From Synechococcales cyanobacterium VAR_4_metabat_354 (GTDB taxonomy: Bacteria; Cyanobacteriota; Cyanobacteriia; Cyanobacteriales; Chamaesiphonaceae): a DNA stretch of 64,000 nucleotides. The notes under the pieces were generated by a model, which worked only from the letters and a program-made list of their open reading frames with translations, was not told where the DNA came from and made no database searches. The DNA lies in assembly GCA_031414775.1 (NCBI GenBank), contig JANOQI010000031.1, forward strand, positions 32,001 through 96,000, given 5' to 3'. The position numbers and the translations under genes are program-made. Below are positions 56,007 to 64,000 of this stretch, one piece after another (position 1 is the stretch's first letter; every line of letters starts with the position of its first letter).

Positions 56007-56594
56007 CTAAGGCAATATCTCCTTACCCACAGCAGCATATTGTGCCCAACCCTGCGCCGAACGCGGATCACTGTAATCCTGAACCAACACCCCCCGACTA
56101 GGCGATCGCTCAAAGGCCACCAAACGCGGAATATCATTAGTAAACATCGGCATCTTCGCTTCTTCTAAAAACTCGCGACCACTGCGGCCATTGCGGGTGC
56201 GCGGATCAACCTGCGTCAGTAATACCTTGAACTTGGCTTGCCAAGAAGTCAGCAGCTCCGCCGCTTTAATCGTCGCATCTAAATCCAGATGATTAGGTGT
56301 AGTTGGCAGAATAATTAGATCGCTGCTGCTAGTTAGATCTTTCAGTTCTTCGGGTTCAGGCCGAGCCTGGGTATCCACTACAATATGCTTGTAGTTTTGA
56401 ATAATAGCAGTGGCGGCAGCTTGAGAAGATACCATGAACGGCAATTTATCTTCTCGCGACCACACCAAGGCTGATCGATTCTTGTCGGCATCTACCAAAA
56501 GCGTTGCGGCTTTACCCTGGAAATAAGCAGCCAAATGCACCGCCGTCGTAGTTTTACCCACGCCCCCCTTCAAAGCTGTAATCGTAATAATCAT
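56007..56594 (-). CDS. Orphan ParA-family ATPase
   Basis: Deviant Walker A KGGVGKTT, LVDAD, VVDT. Confidence 0.9.
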   Translation of the reverse strand: MIITITALKGGVGKTTTAVHLAAYFQGKAATLLVDADKNRSALVWSREDKLPFMVSSQAAATAIIQNYKHIVVDTQARPEPEELKDLTSSSDLIILPTTPNHLDLDATIKAAELLTSWQAKFKVLLTQVDPRTRNGRSGREFLEEAKMPMFTNDIPRLVAFERSPSRGVLVQDYSDPRSAQGWAQYAAVGKEILP

Positions 56595-56717
56595 AGGATT
56601 AAGTTTTAGGATTGCTCACCAGTTCAACATGAGCTATGTTGAGCTGTAGTGTAGCGAGTTGTCGGTAGCAATCAAACAAATCTTAATCAACAGCAATATT
56701 TTTCCAACAGTTTTTTG

Positions 56718-57365
56718 CTACCAACTCTGCTGATGCATATCTATATAACCTTTGCCCCGCAATAAGCCACTGCTGGCTCCTGGCAAAATGTAGTGCAGTC
56801 GATCGATCGGAAACTGCTCTTTTAATCTAGCCACCTGGCGTTGTTGACGCGGCCAATGGAATGTTTTAGAAGATTTGAGTGGTACTGGGGTCATAGTTTG
56901 ATCGGGGAGCAAGTGCCGACCAGTAAACAGCACCCCTCCATGAGCACCGTAGTATAAGCAAGCCGATCCGGGGGAATGTCCAGGAGTCCAAATCAATTGG
57001 ATATCCTCAGTCAAGGCCAAATTTTGATGATAGGTAGTAGCCGAGGTATCTGGTAATAGATAGGCTTCTTGCTCTTGGATAATGACAGCACATTCTAAAT
57101 GTTTAGCGATCGTGGCCGTTTGTCCCAATCCACCTCGATGGGTAACAGCCAGCCACTTGACACCACCCTGACTAGCCATAAAATCATAATTTACGCTGTG
57201 CCAAGCGGGAGCATCGACCAAGATATTCCCAGCTTTGTTTACAATAAGGTAAGCGGTGCCGCCGAGCGTGTCGCGATTCGGCGCAAAAGCGAAAATATCA
57301 GTTAACACTAGATGAGGTGGTTTGGCGGTTGCAACTGTTTCCGGCAAAGGGTTAGAAGTAAACAT
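56718..57365 (-). CDS. Metallo-beta-lactamase-fold protein
   Basis: PNRDTLGGTAYLI, WTPGHSPGS, LFTGRHL; ATG at 57365 preferred. Confidence 0.85.
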   Translation of the reverse strand: MFTSNPLPETVATAKPPHLVLTDIFAFAPNRDTLGGTAYLIVNKAGNILVDAPAWHSVNYDFMASQGGVKWLAVTHRGGLGQTATIAKHLECAVIIQEQEAYLLPDTSATTYHQNLALTEDIQLIWTPGHSPGSACLYYGAHGGVLFTGRHLLPDQTMTPVPLKSSKTFHWPRQQRQVARLKEQFPIDRLHYILPGASSGLLRGKGYIDMHQQSW

Positions 57366-57422
57366 ATAGAATTTAGCATCGGCAGCGATATCATCGTGGC
57401 CATGCAAGGGGAATGTTAGGGC

Positions 57423-58919
57423 ATGGAACTTTGGTTGGTACTGATCTTATCAGGACTGTTTGGATATTGGGCTGTTGGTCGTCATGTCGATCGATCTAAC
57501 CCCCAATCTTTTTGGCTGCTGTGGTTGGTGCTCATGGCTCCGCCGCTGTTCACCGTTGGCAGCGTGCTATTAACGAAACAGCCCACAGCTCCAATCTGGA
57601 CAATATTAGTATGGGTGATCAGTTTTGTTTTGTATGGGCGAATTATCCAGCGGCTACCAGCCACCCCTCAACCGGTGTCACCTCTCACCGAACCTCCGGA
57701 TGCAAGTGCCCCCAGCACAGATCCGATAGTCGCTCCCACCAACCTGCGCCCGATCAATTCGGCGGAAGAAGTCCTCTTACGACAATGTTTTCCCTGGTCA
57801 ACTTATTTCCTAGAAAAGATTGAATATCGCGCTCAAGCAGTAGTCTGTCGGGGAAAGTTGCGTTTGGATGCCGATCAGGCTTATCAAACCATCAAATCCA
57901 ACATAGCTGAACATTTTGGAGATCGGTTTTTTGTCATCTTTCAAGCCGGTGTGAATGAGCAACCCTTCTTTGCGCTGGTGCCCAATACTTTGAGCACTAT
58001 TGCTCAAAAACGCCCTGTTCTGATCAATTATCTCATGGCCTTTGGGAGCGTGGTCTTAGCCGGAATTACCACCAGTCAAATTGGAGCATTACTCTCCGGG
58101 GTCACCATCGCGGAGCTACGCAACAATGGAGCCTTAGCTATTCAAGGTTGGTCTTATGCCCTGACTATCTTGGCCATTTTGGGGATGAAGGATATCAGTC
58201 GCTACCTGGTTTCTCGCTTTTATCAAATCACGACTGGCCTATTTTATTTTGTACCGTTGCCTTTTTTCCCCGGCACCTGCGGTACCTTTATGCAAATGCG
58301 ATCGCCCATCCCCCATCGGCGCGCCCTCTTCGATTTAGGCTTTTTCTCATCAATGCTGAGCCTGCTAGTTGCGCTACCGCTCTGCTGGTGGGGTCTACAA
58401 CATTCCACTGTGGTGTCTCTGTCGGCCAAGTCTGGAATGCTCAACTTTGCTTCCTTTGATCCCCGGTTTTCGCTGCTGCTTAGCGGTATTAGCAAACTAG
58501 CCCTAGGAAAGGATTTTGGCATAGATACAGCTATCCAACTTCATCCGGTGGCGATCGCCGCTTATCTAGGATTTTTAATTACTGCCATTAATTTATTACC
58601 CTTTAAACGTTTTGATGGGGGTTACTTGGTTCATGCCATGTTTGGTCTACGGGGCAGTGTGATTATTGGTCAAATCACCAAAATCCTGCTGATGATTCTA
58701 GTATTTATTCAATATCGTCTCTCTAATGCTGATGGCTATTCATTATTGGCCTTATTTGTGGTCTTCTTAATATTTTTCCCGACCATTGGCGATCCCACTC
58801 TCAACGATGTTTCGGAGTTGGATAACCGGCGCGATCTATGGGGAATGCTACTGCTAGCAGTGGCTGTGGCGATTTTCTTGCCAGCGCGGGGCTTGATCTC
58901 CAACCTCTTACAGATATAA
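57423..58919 (+). CDS. Site-2 protease (M50, Sll0862/EGY-like) homolog lacking HExxH
   Basis: CFPW...CRGKLR, LHPVAIA, NLLP...DGG, LNDVSELDNRR; the HExxH position reads KDISR. Confidence 0.82.
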   Translation: MELWLVLILSGLFGYWAVGRHVDRSNPQSFWLLWLVLMAPPLFTVGSVLLTKQPTAPIWTILVWVISFVLYGRIIQRLPATPQPVSPLTEPPDASAPSTDPIVAPTNLRPINSAEEVLLRQCFPWSTYFLEKIEYRAQAVVCRGKLRLDADQAYQTIKSNIAEHFGDRFFVIFQAGVNEQPFFALVPNTLSTIAQKRPVLINYLMAFGSVVLAGITTSQIGALLSGVTIAELRNNGALAIQGWSYALTILAILGMKDISRYLVSRFYQITTGLFYFVPLPFFPGTCGTFMQMRSPIPHRRALFDLGFFSSMLSLLVALPLCWWGLQHSTVVSLSAKSGMLNFASFDPRFSLLLSGISKLALGKDFGIDTAIQLHPVAIAAYLGFLITAINLLPFKRFDGGYLVHAMFGLRGSVIIGQITKILLMILVFIQYRLSNADGYSLLALFVVFLIFFPTIGDPTLNDVSELDNRRDLWGMLLLAVAVAIFLPARGLISNLLQI

Positions 58920-59129
58920 GCAAGTTGTTTGTCAAGAAACCATGACACAAAGAACTGTCGATCGACTGTAATTCGTCAAAAGCCATAGATTATCAGGATT
59001 TGGGGGTTGCTCCCAGATCAAGGATCAAGCTATACATGGACACATACCCCGAAACCAAGCAAATATTACAAATATTTAGGTTTCATCACAGCTCAAGATG
59101 ACAAGCCTTGTTATCTGCGGAGGAATAAT

Positions 59130-60401
59130 ATGTCCACAGAAAATACCCCACTAGAGGAAATGACTCTTAGACAACTTCGTCGAGTTGCTAGCAGTTATAG
59201 TATTTCTCGTTATAGCCGGATGCGTAAAGCACAGCTTCTAGAAGAGATTCAAAAAATCGAGCGCAGCCAAGCCGCCGATAGCAATGGCAATAAAATTTCA
59301 GCAAACAATCTTTCAGTAACCTTGGAGGCATCACGAACAGTGGAAGCAGGCAAATTTGAACTAGAACTACCGATTCCAGCTAACACTATGGAAGATTTGG
59401 CTACTGCTGATGACGGCTTAGGTGAAATTCCTGGTGGATATGGTGAAGACCGCATTGTTCTACTTCCTCGCGATCCACAGTGGGCTTATGCCTATTGGGA
59501 TATCACCAACGAGCGCAAAGAAGCACTACGCACTCAAGGCGGTCAACAGTTAGCCCTTCGTCTTTATGATGTCACCGACATCAATATGGAGTACCAAAGC
59601 CCCCACAGCATCCAGGAATATCCCTTGGATGAAATGGCGCGAGAATGGTATTTATCTATTCCAGTGAGCGATCGAGAATACCTCTTAGATATTGGTTATC
59701 GCTGTGCCGATGGTCGGTGGTTGGTAATAGCCCGCTCGGCGGAGATTCGGATTCCGCCCGTCTATCCTTCGGACTGGCTCGAAGACCACTTCTTGACGAT
59801 CGGTTGGCAAGAAGAACTGAAAGGTAAAACCTTTATCAAACTGGTACCCCCCAGCCAAAAACCAGCGTCTACAACTGTTAGCTCTACCACGGCCACTGAT
59901 GCTGAAGGTAACCCGATTTATGAACAGATCTTTGGTTTAGCCGAGTCCGTAGAAGCCATGCGAATTGCTGGTTCACTCTATGGCTCCATGCAGCAGTCGC
60001 CGACTGAATCACTCAGCTCCTTCGTTTTCCCTTCTGGTATTGGGGCTTGGGCTTTGCCAACGGCCTCTGGAGTGAATATGTCGGGTGTTGGCATGTCGGG
60101 CATTGGTTTAGAAGCTCATCAGCCCCGCCAGTTCTGGTTGGTAGCTGATGCTGAGCTAATTGTTTATGGTGCCACCGAGCCAGATGCCGCTGTCTTTATT
60201 GGCAATCGGCAAATCAAACTGAATCCTGATGGTACTTTCCGTTTCCATATGTCTTTCCAAGATGGTCTAATTGACTATCCGATCGTAGCAGTAGCGGCTG
60301 ATGGCGAGCAACAACGTTCTGTTCATATGAAGTTTGAGCGGGAAACACCGGCTCGCAACACCAATACTAAGGAAGAAGCCGTTCAAGAATGGTTTGCTTA
60401 G
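59130..60401 (+). CDS. DUF4912 protein with N-terminal Rho_N-like domain
   Basis: LEEMTLRQLR, LPRDPQWAYAYW, FWLVADAELIVYGATEPDA; GGAGG RBS before ATG 59130. Confidence 0.9.
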   Translation: MSTENTPLEEMTLRQLRRVASSYSISRYSRMRKAQLLEEIQKIERSQAADSNGNKISANNLSVTLEASRTVEAGKFELELPIPANTMEDLATADDGLGEIPGGYGEDRIVLLPRDPQWAYAYWDITNERKEALRTQGGQQLALRLYDVTDINMEYQSPHSIQEYPLDEMAREWYLSIPVSDREYLLDIGYRCADGRWLVIARSAEIRIPPVYPSDWLEDHFLTIGWQEELKGKTFIKLVPPSQKPASTTVSSTTATDAEGNPIYEQIFGLAESVEAMRIAGSLYGSMQQSPTESLSSFVFPSGIGAWALPTASGVNMSGVGMSGIGLEAHQPRQFWLVADAELIVYGATEPDAAVFIGNRQIKLNPDGTFRFHMSFQDGLIDYPIVAVAADGEQQRSVHMKFERETPARNTNTKEEAVQEWFA

Positions 60402-60432
60402 GATTTAGGTAATTTTTCGGCAATCAACCTTC

Positions 60433-60459
60433 AAGACCCACATTAGCTGGGTCTTTTTT
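60433..60459 (+). terminator. Rho-independent terminator
   Basis: AAGACCCA-CATTAGC-TGGGTCTT then TTTT. Confidence 0.8.
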
Positions 60460-60632
60460 GTCGGCACGTCGTCCGATTGAATCAGAAATTATGGTAAGTT
60501 CACAAAGGCACAATTAATTTTGTATCACCGACTGCTTTATTGAAGTGTGGAGATCTTGTTTGCTGCGGGGCACTTAAGGTATTCAAGTCCTAGGGAAAGC
60601 AGCGATCGACAATTACTTCAGGTTTGGACTTA

Positions 60633-61745
60633 ATGAAACAGGTAGTGGTAACTTTTGCGAAGAGCGTTGGATTTAAAAAAGAACTAAACCGACGAGTTGA
60701 GAATTATTTTCAATCAAATCAGATTAAGCCCCGCGATAATCTGTCGATGTACCTGAAAAGCTTAATAATTATCACTTGGCTCCTGTCAGCCTGGACTTTT
60801 ACAGTATTCGCACCAGTGCCTTTAGTGATCAGAGCGCTCGGTTGCGTAGTCGTAGGACTCGCGATCGGAGCAGTAGGAATGAGTGTTGGCCATGATGCCA
60901 ATCATGGTGGTTATTCTCGCTATCATCGCCTCAATCGATTAATTGGGTTAAGTTACGACGTAATTGGCTTATCTAGCTATCTGTGGCGGTTTCGCCATAA
61001 CTTCTTACACCATACCTATACAAATGTTCTGAACCATGATGTAGAAATTCATGGCGATGGCTTAGTCCGATTGGCTCCAGATATGGAGCATATTTGGTAC
61101 CACAAATTCCAACACATCTTTATTTGGTTTGTCTATCCGGTTATTCCCTTCTATTGGTCTTTCAGCGATCTTAAAATTGCTTTGTTTGAGCGTAAATATC
61201 ACGATCATCAAGTACCCAAACTATCTTCTTCAGAAACACTCACCCTCGTTGGCTTGAAGTTGTTAGGAGTGGCTTGGTTACTGGGAATTCCGATCTATGT
61301 CGGATACTCACCACTGGTGGCATTTTTGGGCTATTCGATCGCCTATATGACTTATGGCCTAGTGATTTGTGTGGTGTTCATGTTGGCACATGTACTAGAG
61401 CCAGCCGAGTTCATTACACCGCATCCCGGCTCTCAGCATATTGATGACGAATGGGCCATTTTTCAGGTTAGAACCACCGTTGATTTCGCCCCCAGCAATC
61501 CCGTTTTGAATTGGTATGTCGGTGGTCTCAACTATCAAACTGTTCATCACCTGTTTCCCCATGTTTGTCATATCCATTACCCGCAACTCGCGCCAATTTT
61601 GGCCGATGTCTGTGAGGAATTTGGCGTTAGATACAATGTCTATCCGACTTTTCGAGGTGCTCTGGTAGCCAACTACCGGTGGCTAAAAATGATGGGGCAA
61701 AAACTCGATCATCAGCACTACCGGCAGCCCCTGGGTGGTCAGTAG
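60633..61745 (+). CDS. desD: Delta-6 acyl-lipid desaturase (front-end type)
   Basis: His boxes HDANH, HNFLHH, QTVHH; HDVEIHGDG as in cyanobacterial DesD. Confidence 0.85.
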   Translation: MKQVVVTFAKSVGFKKELNRRVENYFQSNQIKPRDNLSMYLKSLIIITWLLSAWTFTVFAPVPLVIRALGCVVVGLAIGAVGMSVGHDANHGGYSRYHRLNRLIGLSYDVIGLSSYLWRFRHNFLHHTYTNVLNHDVEIHGDGLVRLAPDMEHIWYHKFQHIFIWFVYPVIPFYWSFSDLKIALFERKYHDHQVPKLSSSETLTLVGLKLLGVAWLLGIPIYVGYSPLVAFLGYSIAYMTYGLVICVVFMLAHVLEPAEFITPHPGSQHIDDEWAIFQVRTTVDFAPSNPVLNWYVGGLNYQTVHHLFPHVCHIHYPQLAPILADVCEEFGVRYNVYPTFRGALVANYRWLKMMGQKLDHQHYRQPLGGQ

Positions 61746-61755
61746 CTGAGCCTCA

Positions 61756-61771
61756 GTTCGGGAACCCGTAC
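61756..61771 (+). promoter_or_regulatory. K-box upstream of groESL
   Basis: GTTCGGGAACCCGTAC fits GTTCGG-NN-A-N-CC-NN-AC; followed by TTGCTC-N18-TAAATT (-35/-10). Confidence 0.8.
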
Positions 61772-61810
61772 TCAGCCCTTCCTTGCTCCAACGTCGCTCT
61801 GTCCGCTAAA

Positions 61811-61837
61811 TTAGCACTCAGAAGTCCCGAGTGCTAA
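61811..61837. promoter_or_regulatory. CIRCE element (HrcA operator)
   Basis: Perfect TTAGCACTC-N9-GAGTGCTAA, 9 nt before the groES ATG. Confidence 0.97.
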
Positions 61838-61846
61838 TTAATTTTT

Positions 61847-62158
61847 ATGGCTGCAATTTCTTTAAGCGTTTCCACAGTAAAACCCCTAGGCGATCGAGTA
61901 TTTATCAAAGTCAGTGCTTCTGAAGAGAAGACAGCTGGCGGCATCCTATTGCCTGATACCGCCAAGGAAAAGCCCCAAATCGGCGAAGTCGCCCAAGTTG
62001 GTCCTGGCAAAATCAATGATGCTGGTGTCCGTCAAGTATGTGATGTCAAAATTGGTGACAAGGTACTGTACTCCAAGTACGCTGGTACTGATATCAAGCT
62101 GGGTAGTGAAGAGTACGTCTTGCTTTCCGAGAAAGACATCCTAGCGGTTGTCGGCTAA
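61847..62158 (+). CDS. groES: Co-chaperonin GroES
   Basis: [20 protein letters not shown]. Confidence 0.97.
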   Translation: MAAISLSVSTVKPLGDRVFIKVSASEEKTAGGILLPDTAKEKPQIGEVAQVGPGKINDAGVRQVCDVKIGDKVLYSKYAGTDIKLGSEEYVLLSEKDILAVVG

Positions 62159-62267
62159 CTAAAGTGGCAACTAGAGTGTTGCTCACAGTTCATCACTACG
62201 GAACGATGAGTGGCACTTCTTTTATTAATAACGTTACTTATAACTTATAACCTCCCAGAGAATCATC

Positions 62268-63896
62268 ATGGCTAAACGCATTATTTACAACGAAAACGCC
62301 CGGCGCGCCTTAGAGAGAGGGATGGACATCCTGGCGGAAGCTGTAGCTGTTACCCTTGGTCCTAAAGGCCGGAACGTGGTACTCGAAAAGAAATTTGGCG
62401 CACCCCAAATCGTGAATGATGGTGTCACCATTGCCAAAGAAATTGAACTAGAAGATAACATTGAAAACACTGGCGTGGCGTTGATCCGTCAAGCAGCCTC
62501 TAAAACTAATGATGCTGCTGGTGATGGTACTACCACTGCTACTGTATTGGCTCATGCCATTGTCAAAGAAGGTTTACGCAACGTGGCGGCTGGTGCCAAT
62601 GCTATTTCCCTAAAACGTGGTATTGACAAAGCCACCGTGTTCTTGGTCGAAAAGATTAAGTCTCACGCTAAGCCTGTCGAAGATTCTAAAGCAATCGCTC
62701 AAGTAGCCTCGATTTCGGCTGGTAACGACAACGAAGTTGGCGAAATGATTGCCAGTGCTATGGATAAGGTGGGCAAGGAAGGCGTTATTTCCTTGGAAGA
62801 AGGTAAGTCGATGACTACCGAATTGGAAATTACTGAAGGGATGCGCTTTGATAAAGGCTACATTTCACCTTACTTCGCGACTGATATGGAGCGGATGGAA
62901 GCGGTTTTAGAACAGCCTTATATCTTGATTACCGACAAAAAAATCAACTTGGTGCAAGACCTAGTGCCAATTCTCGAGCAAGTCGCTCGTTCTGGTCGCC
63001 CGCTCTTGATTTTGGCTGAAGACATTGAAAAGGAAGCGCTAGCTACCTTGGTTGTCAACCGGTTACGCGGTGTCTTGAATGTGGCCGCTGTAAAGTCGCC
63101 TGGTTTTGGCGATCGACGGAAAGCGATGTTGGAAGATATCGCCGTCTTGACTGGTGGTCAGCTGGTAACTGAAGATGCGGGCTTGAAATTGGATGGTACC
63201 AAGCTGGAAATGCTCGGTCAAGCGCGTCGGATTACTATTACCAAAGACAGCACTACCATCGTTGCTGAAGGCAATGATGTAGGCGTGAAGTCTCGCTGTG
63301 AGCAAATCAAACGTCAAATGGAAGATACTGAATCTTCTTACGACAAAGAAAAGCTGCAAGAGCGTCTAGCTAAATTAGCTGGTGGTGTAGCCGTGATCAA
63401 AGTAGGTGCTGCTACCGAAACCGAAATGAAGGATCGGAAGCTGCGCTTGGAAGATGCGATCAACGCAACTAAAGCTGCTGTAGAAGAAGGCATCGTTCCT
63501 GGTGGTGGTGCAACTTTGGCTCACTTGGTTCCTGATTTGGAAACTTGGGCTGCTGCTAACTTGACTGGTGAAGAGCTGATTGGAGCAATGATTGTAACGC
63601 GGGCGCTGACTGCACCGTTGCGTAGAATCGCCCAAAACGCTGGCCAAAATGGCGCAGTGATTGCGGAAAAAGTCAAAGAAAAAGACTTTAGCATTGGCTA
63701 CAACGCCGCGACTAACGAATATGTCAACATGCTGGAAGCTGGTATCGTTGACCCTGCGAAAGTGACTCGTTCGGCCTTGCAAAATGCTGCTTCGATCGCA
63801 GCGATGGTTTTAACTACCGAATGTATCGTAGTTGATAAGCCTGAGCCTAAAGATGGTGCTCCCGCTGGTGGCGGTGGCGGCGACTTCGATTACTAA
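62268..63896 (+). CDS. groEL: Chaperonin GroEL (operonic GroEL1)
   Basis: [15 protein letters not shown]-terminal GGGDFDY. Confidence 0.98.
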   Translation: MAKRIIYNENARRALERGMDILAEAVAVTLGPKGRNVVLEKKFGAPQIVNDGVTIAKEIELEDNIENTGVALIRQAASKTNDAAGDGTTTATVLAHAIVKEGLRNVAAGANAISLKRGIDKATVFLVEKIKSHAKPVEDSKAIAQVASISAGNDNEVGEMIASAMDKVGKEGVISLEEGKSMTTELEITEGMRFDKGYISPYFATDMERMEAVLEQPYILITDKKINLVQDLVPILEQVARSGRPLLILAEDIEKEALATLVVNRLRGVLNVAAVKSPGFGDRRKAMLEDIAVLTGGQLVTEDAGLKLDGTKLEMLGQARRITITKDSTTIVAEGNDVGVKSRCEQIKRQMEDTESSYDKEKLQERLAKLAGGVAVIKVGAATETEMKDRKLRLEDAINATKAAVEEGIVPGGGATLAHLVPDLETWAAANLTGEELIGAMIVTRALTAPLRRIAQNAGQNGAVIAEKVKEKDFSIGYNAATNEYVNMLEAGIVDPAKVTRSALQNAASIAAMVLTTECIVVDKPEPKDGAPAGGGGGDFDY

Positions 63897-63925
63897 AAAA
63901 TCTTAGTTTTAATTTACCTAATTCG

Positions 63926-63956
63926 CCCTAAATTCCTCAGGAATTTAGGGTTCTTT
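63926..63956 (+). terminator. Terminator after groEL
   Basis: CCCTAAATTCCT-C-AGGAATTTAGGG then TTCTTT. Confidence 0.8.
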
Positions 63957-64000
63957 GCTATTTGCTAACAAGAACCTATCGTGCGGCTGCCATAAATTAT

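Noticed and set aside
56007..56594. ParA as evidence of a plasmid or partition locus
   Set aside because: No parB or parS nearby and flanked by chromosomal genes; orphan ParA genes are common in cyanobacteria
62162..62218. Possible structured RNA between groES and groEL
   Set aside because: Only imperfect pairing; ordinary intercistronic hairpin at best

Overview
A gene-dense chromosomal window from a cyanobacterium (psaE, ndhO, hli, narB/nrtP, desD, groESL with CIRCE and K-box, and very frequent CGATCG/HIP1-type sites). It holds about 55 CDS, mostly housekeeping: frmA-fghA, a P1B-4 ATPase, narB-nrtP with NtcA sites, tsaE, ruvC, ispH, ffh, purA, rplY, cysE, hrcA, rph, mutM, priA, trpF, hemJ, egtD, katG. 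I saw no rRNA, tRNA, CRISPR array or intact transposase. Most notable: (1) a Nrt/Cmp-family ABC operon that looks chimeric (NrtA/NrtB/NrtD-like with a CmpC-like subunit), has a remodelled substrate pocket and a LysR/NdhR-type palindrome instead of an NtcA box, in a cell that already has NtcA-controlled NrtP-NarB; (2) a full-length HisD that has lost nearly all catalytic and Zn-binding residues; (3) several other apparent pseudoenzymes (a peroxiredoxin lacking its peroxidatic Cys ahead of a GC-rich katG, a site-2 protease without HExxH, a CobO-like protein without a P-loop behind tandem NrdR boxes); (4) an hli gene missing from the ORF track that leads an SDR-ABC-variant CAX cluster; (5) an AT-rich insertion downstream of ffh. 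Family calls and reference residue numbers come from motif recognition and memory, not from database searches.
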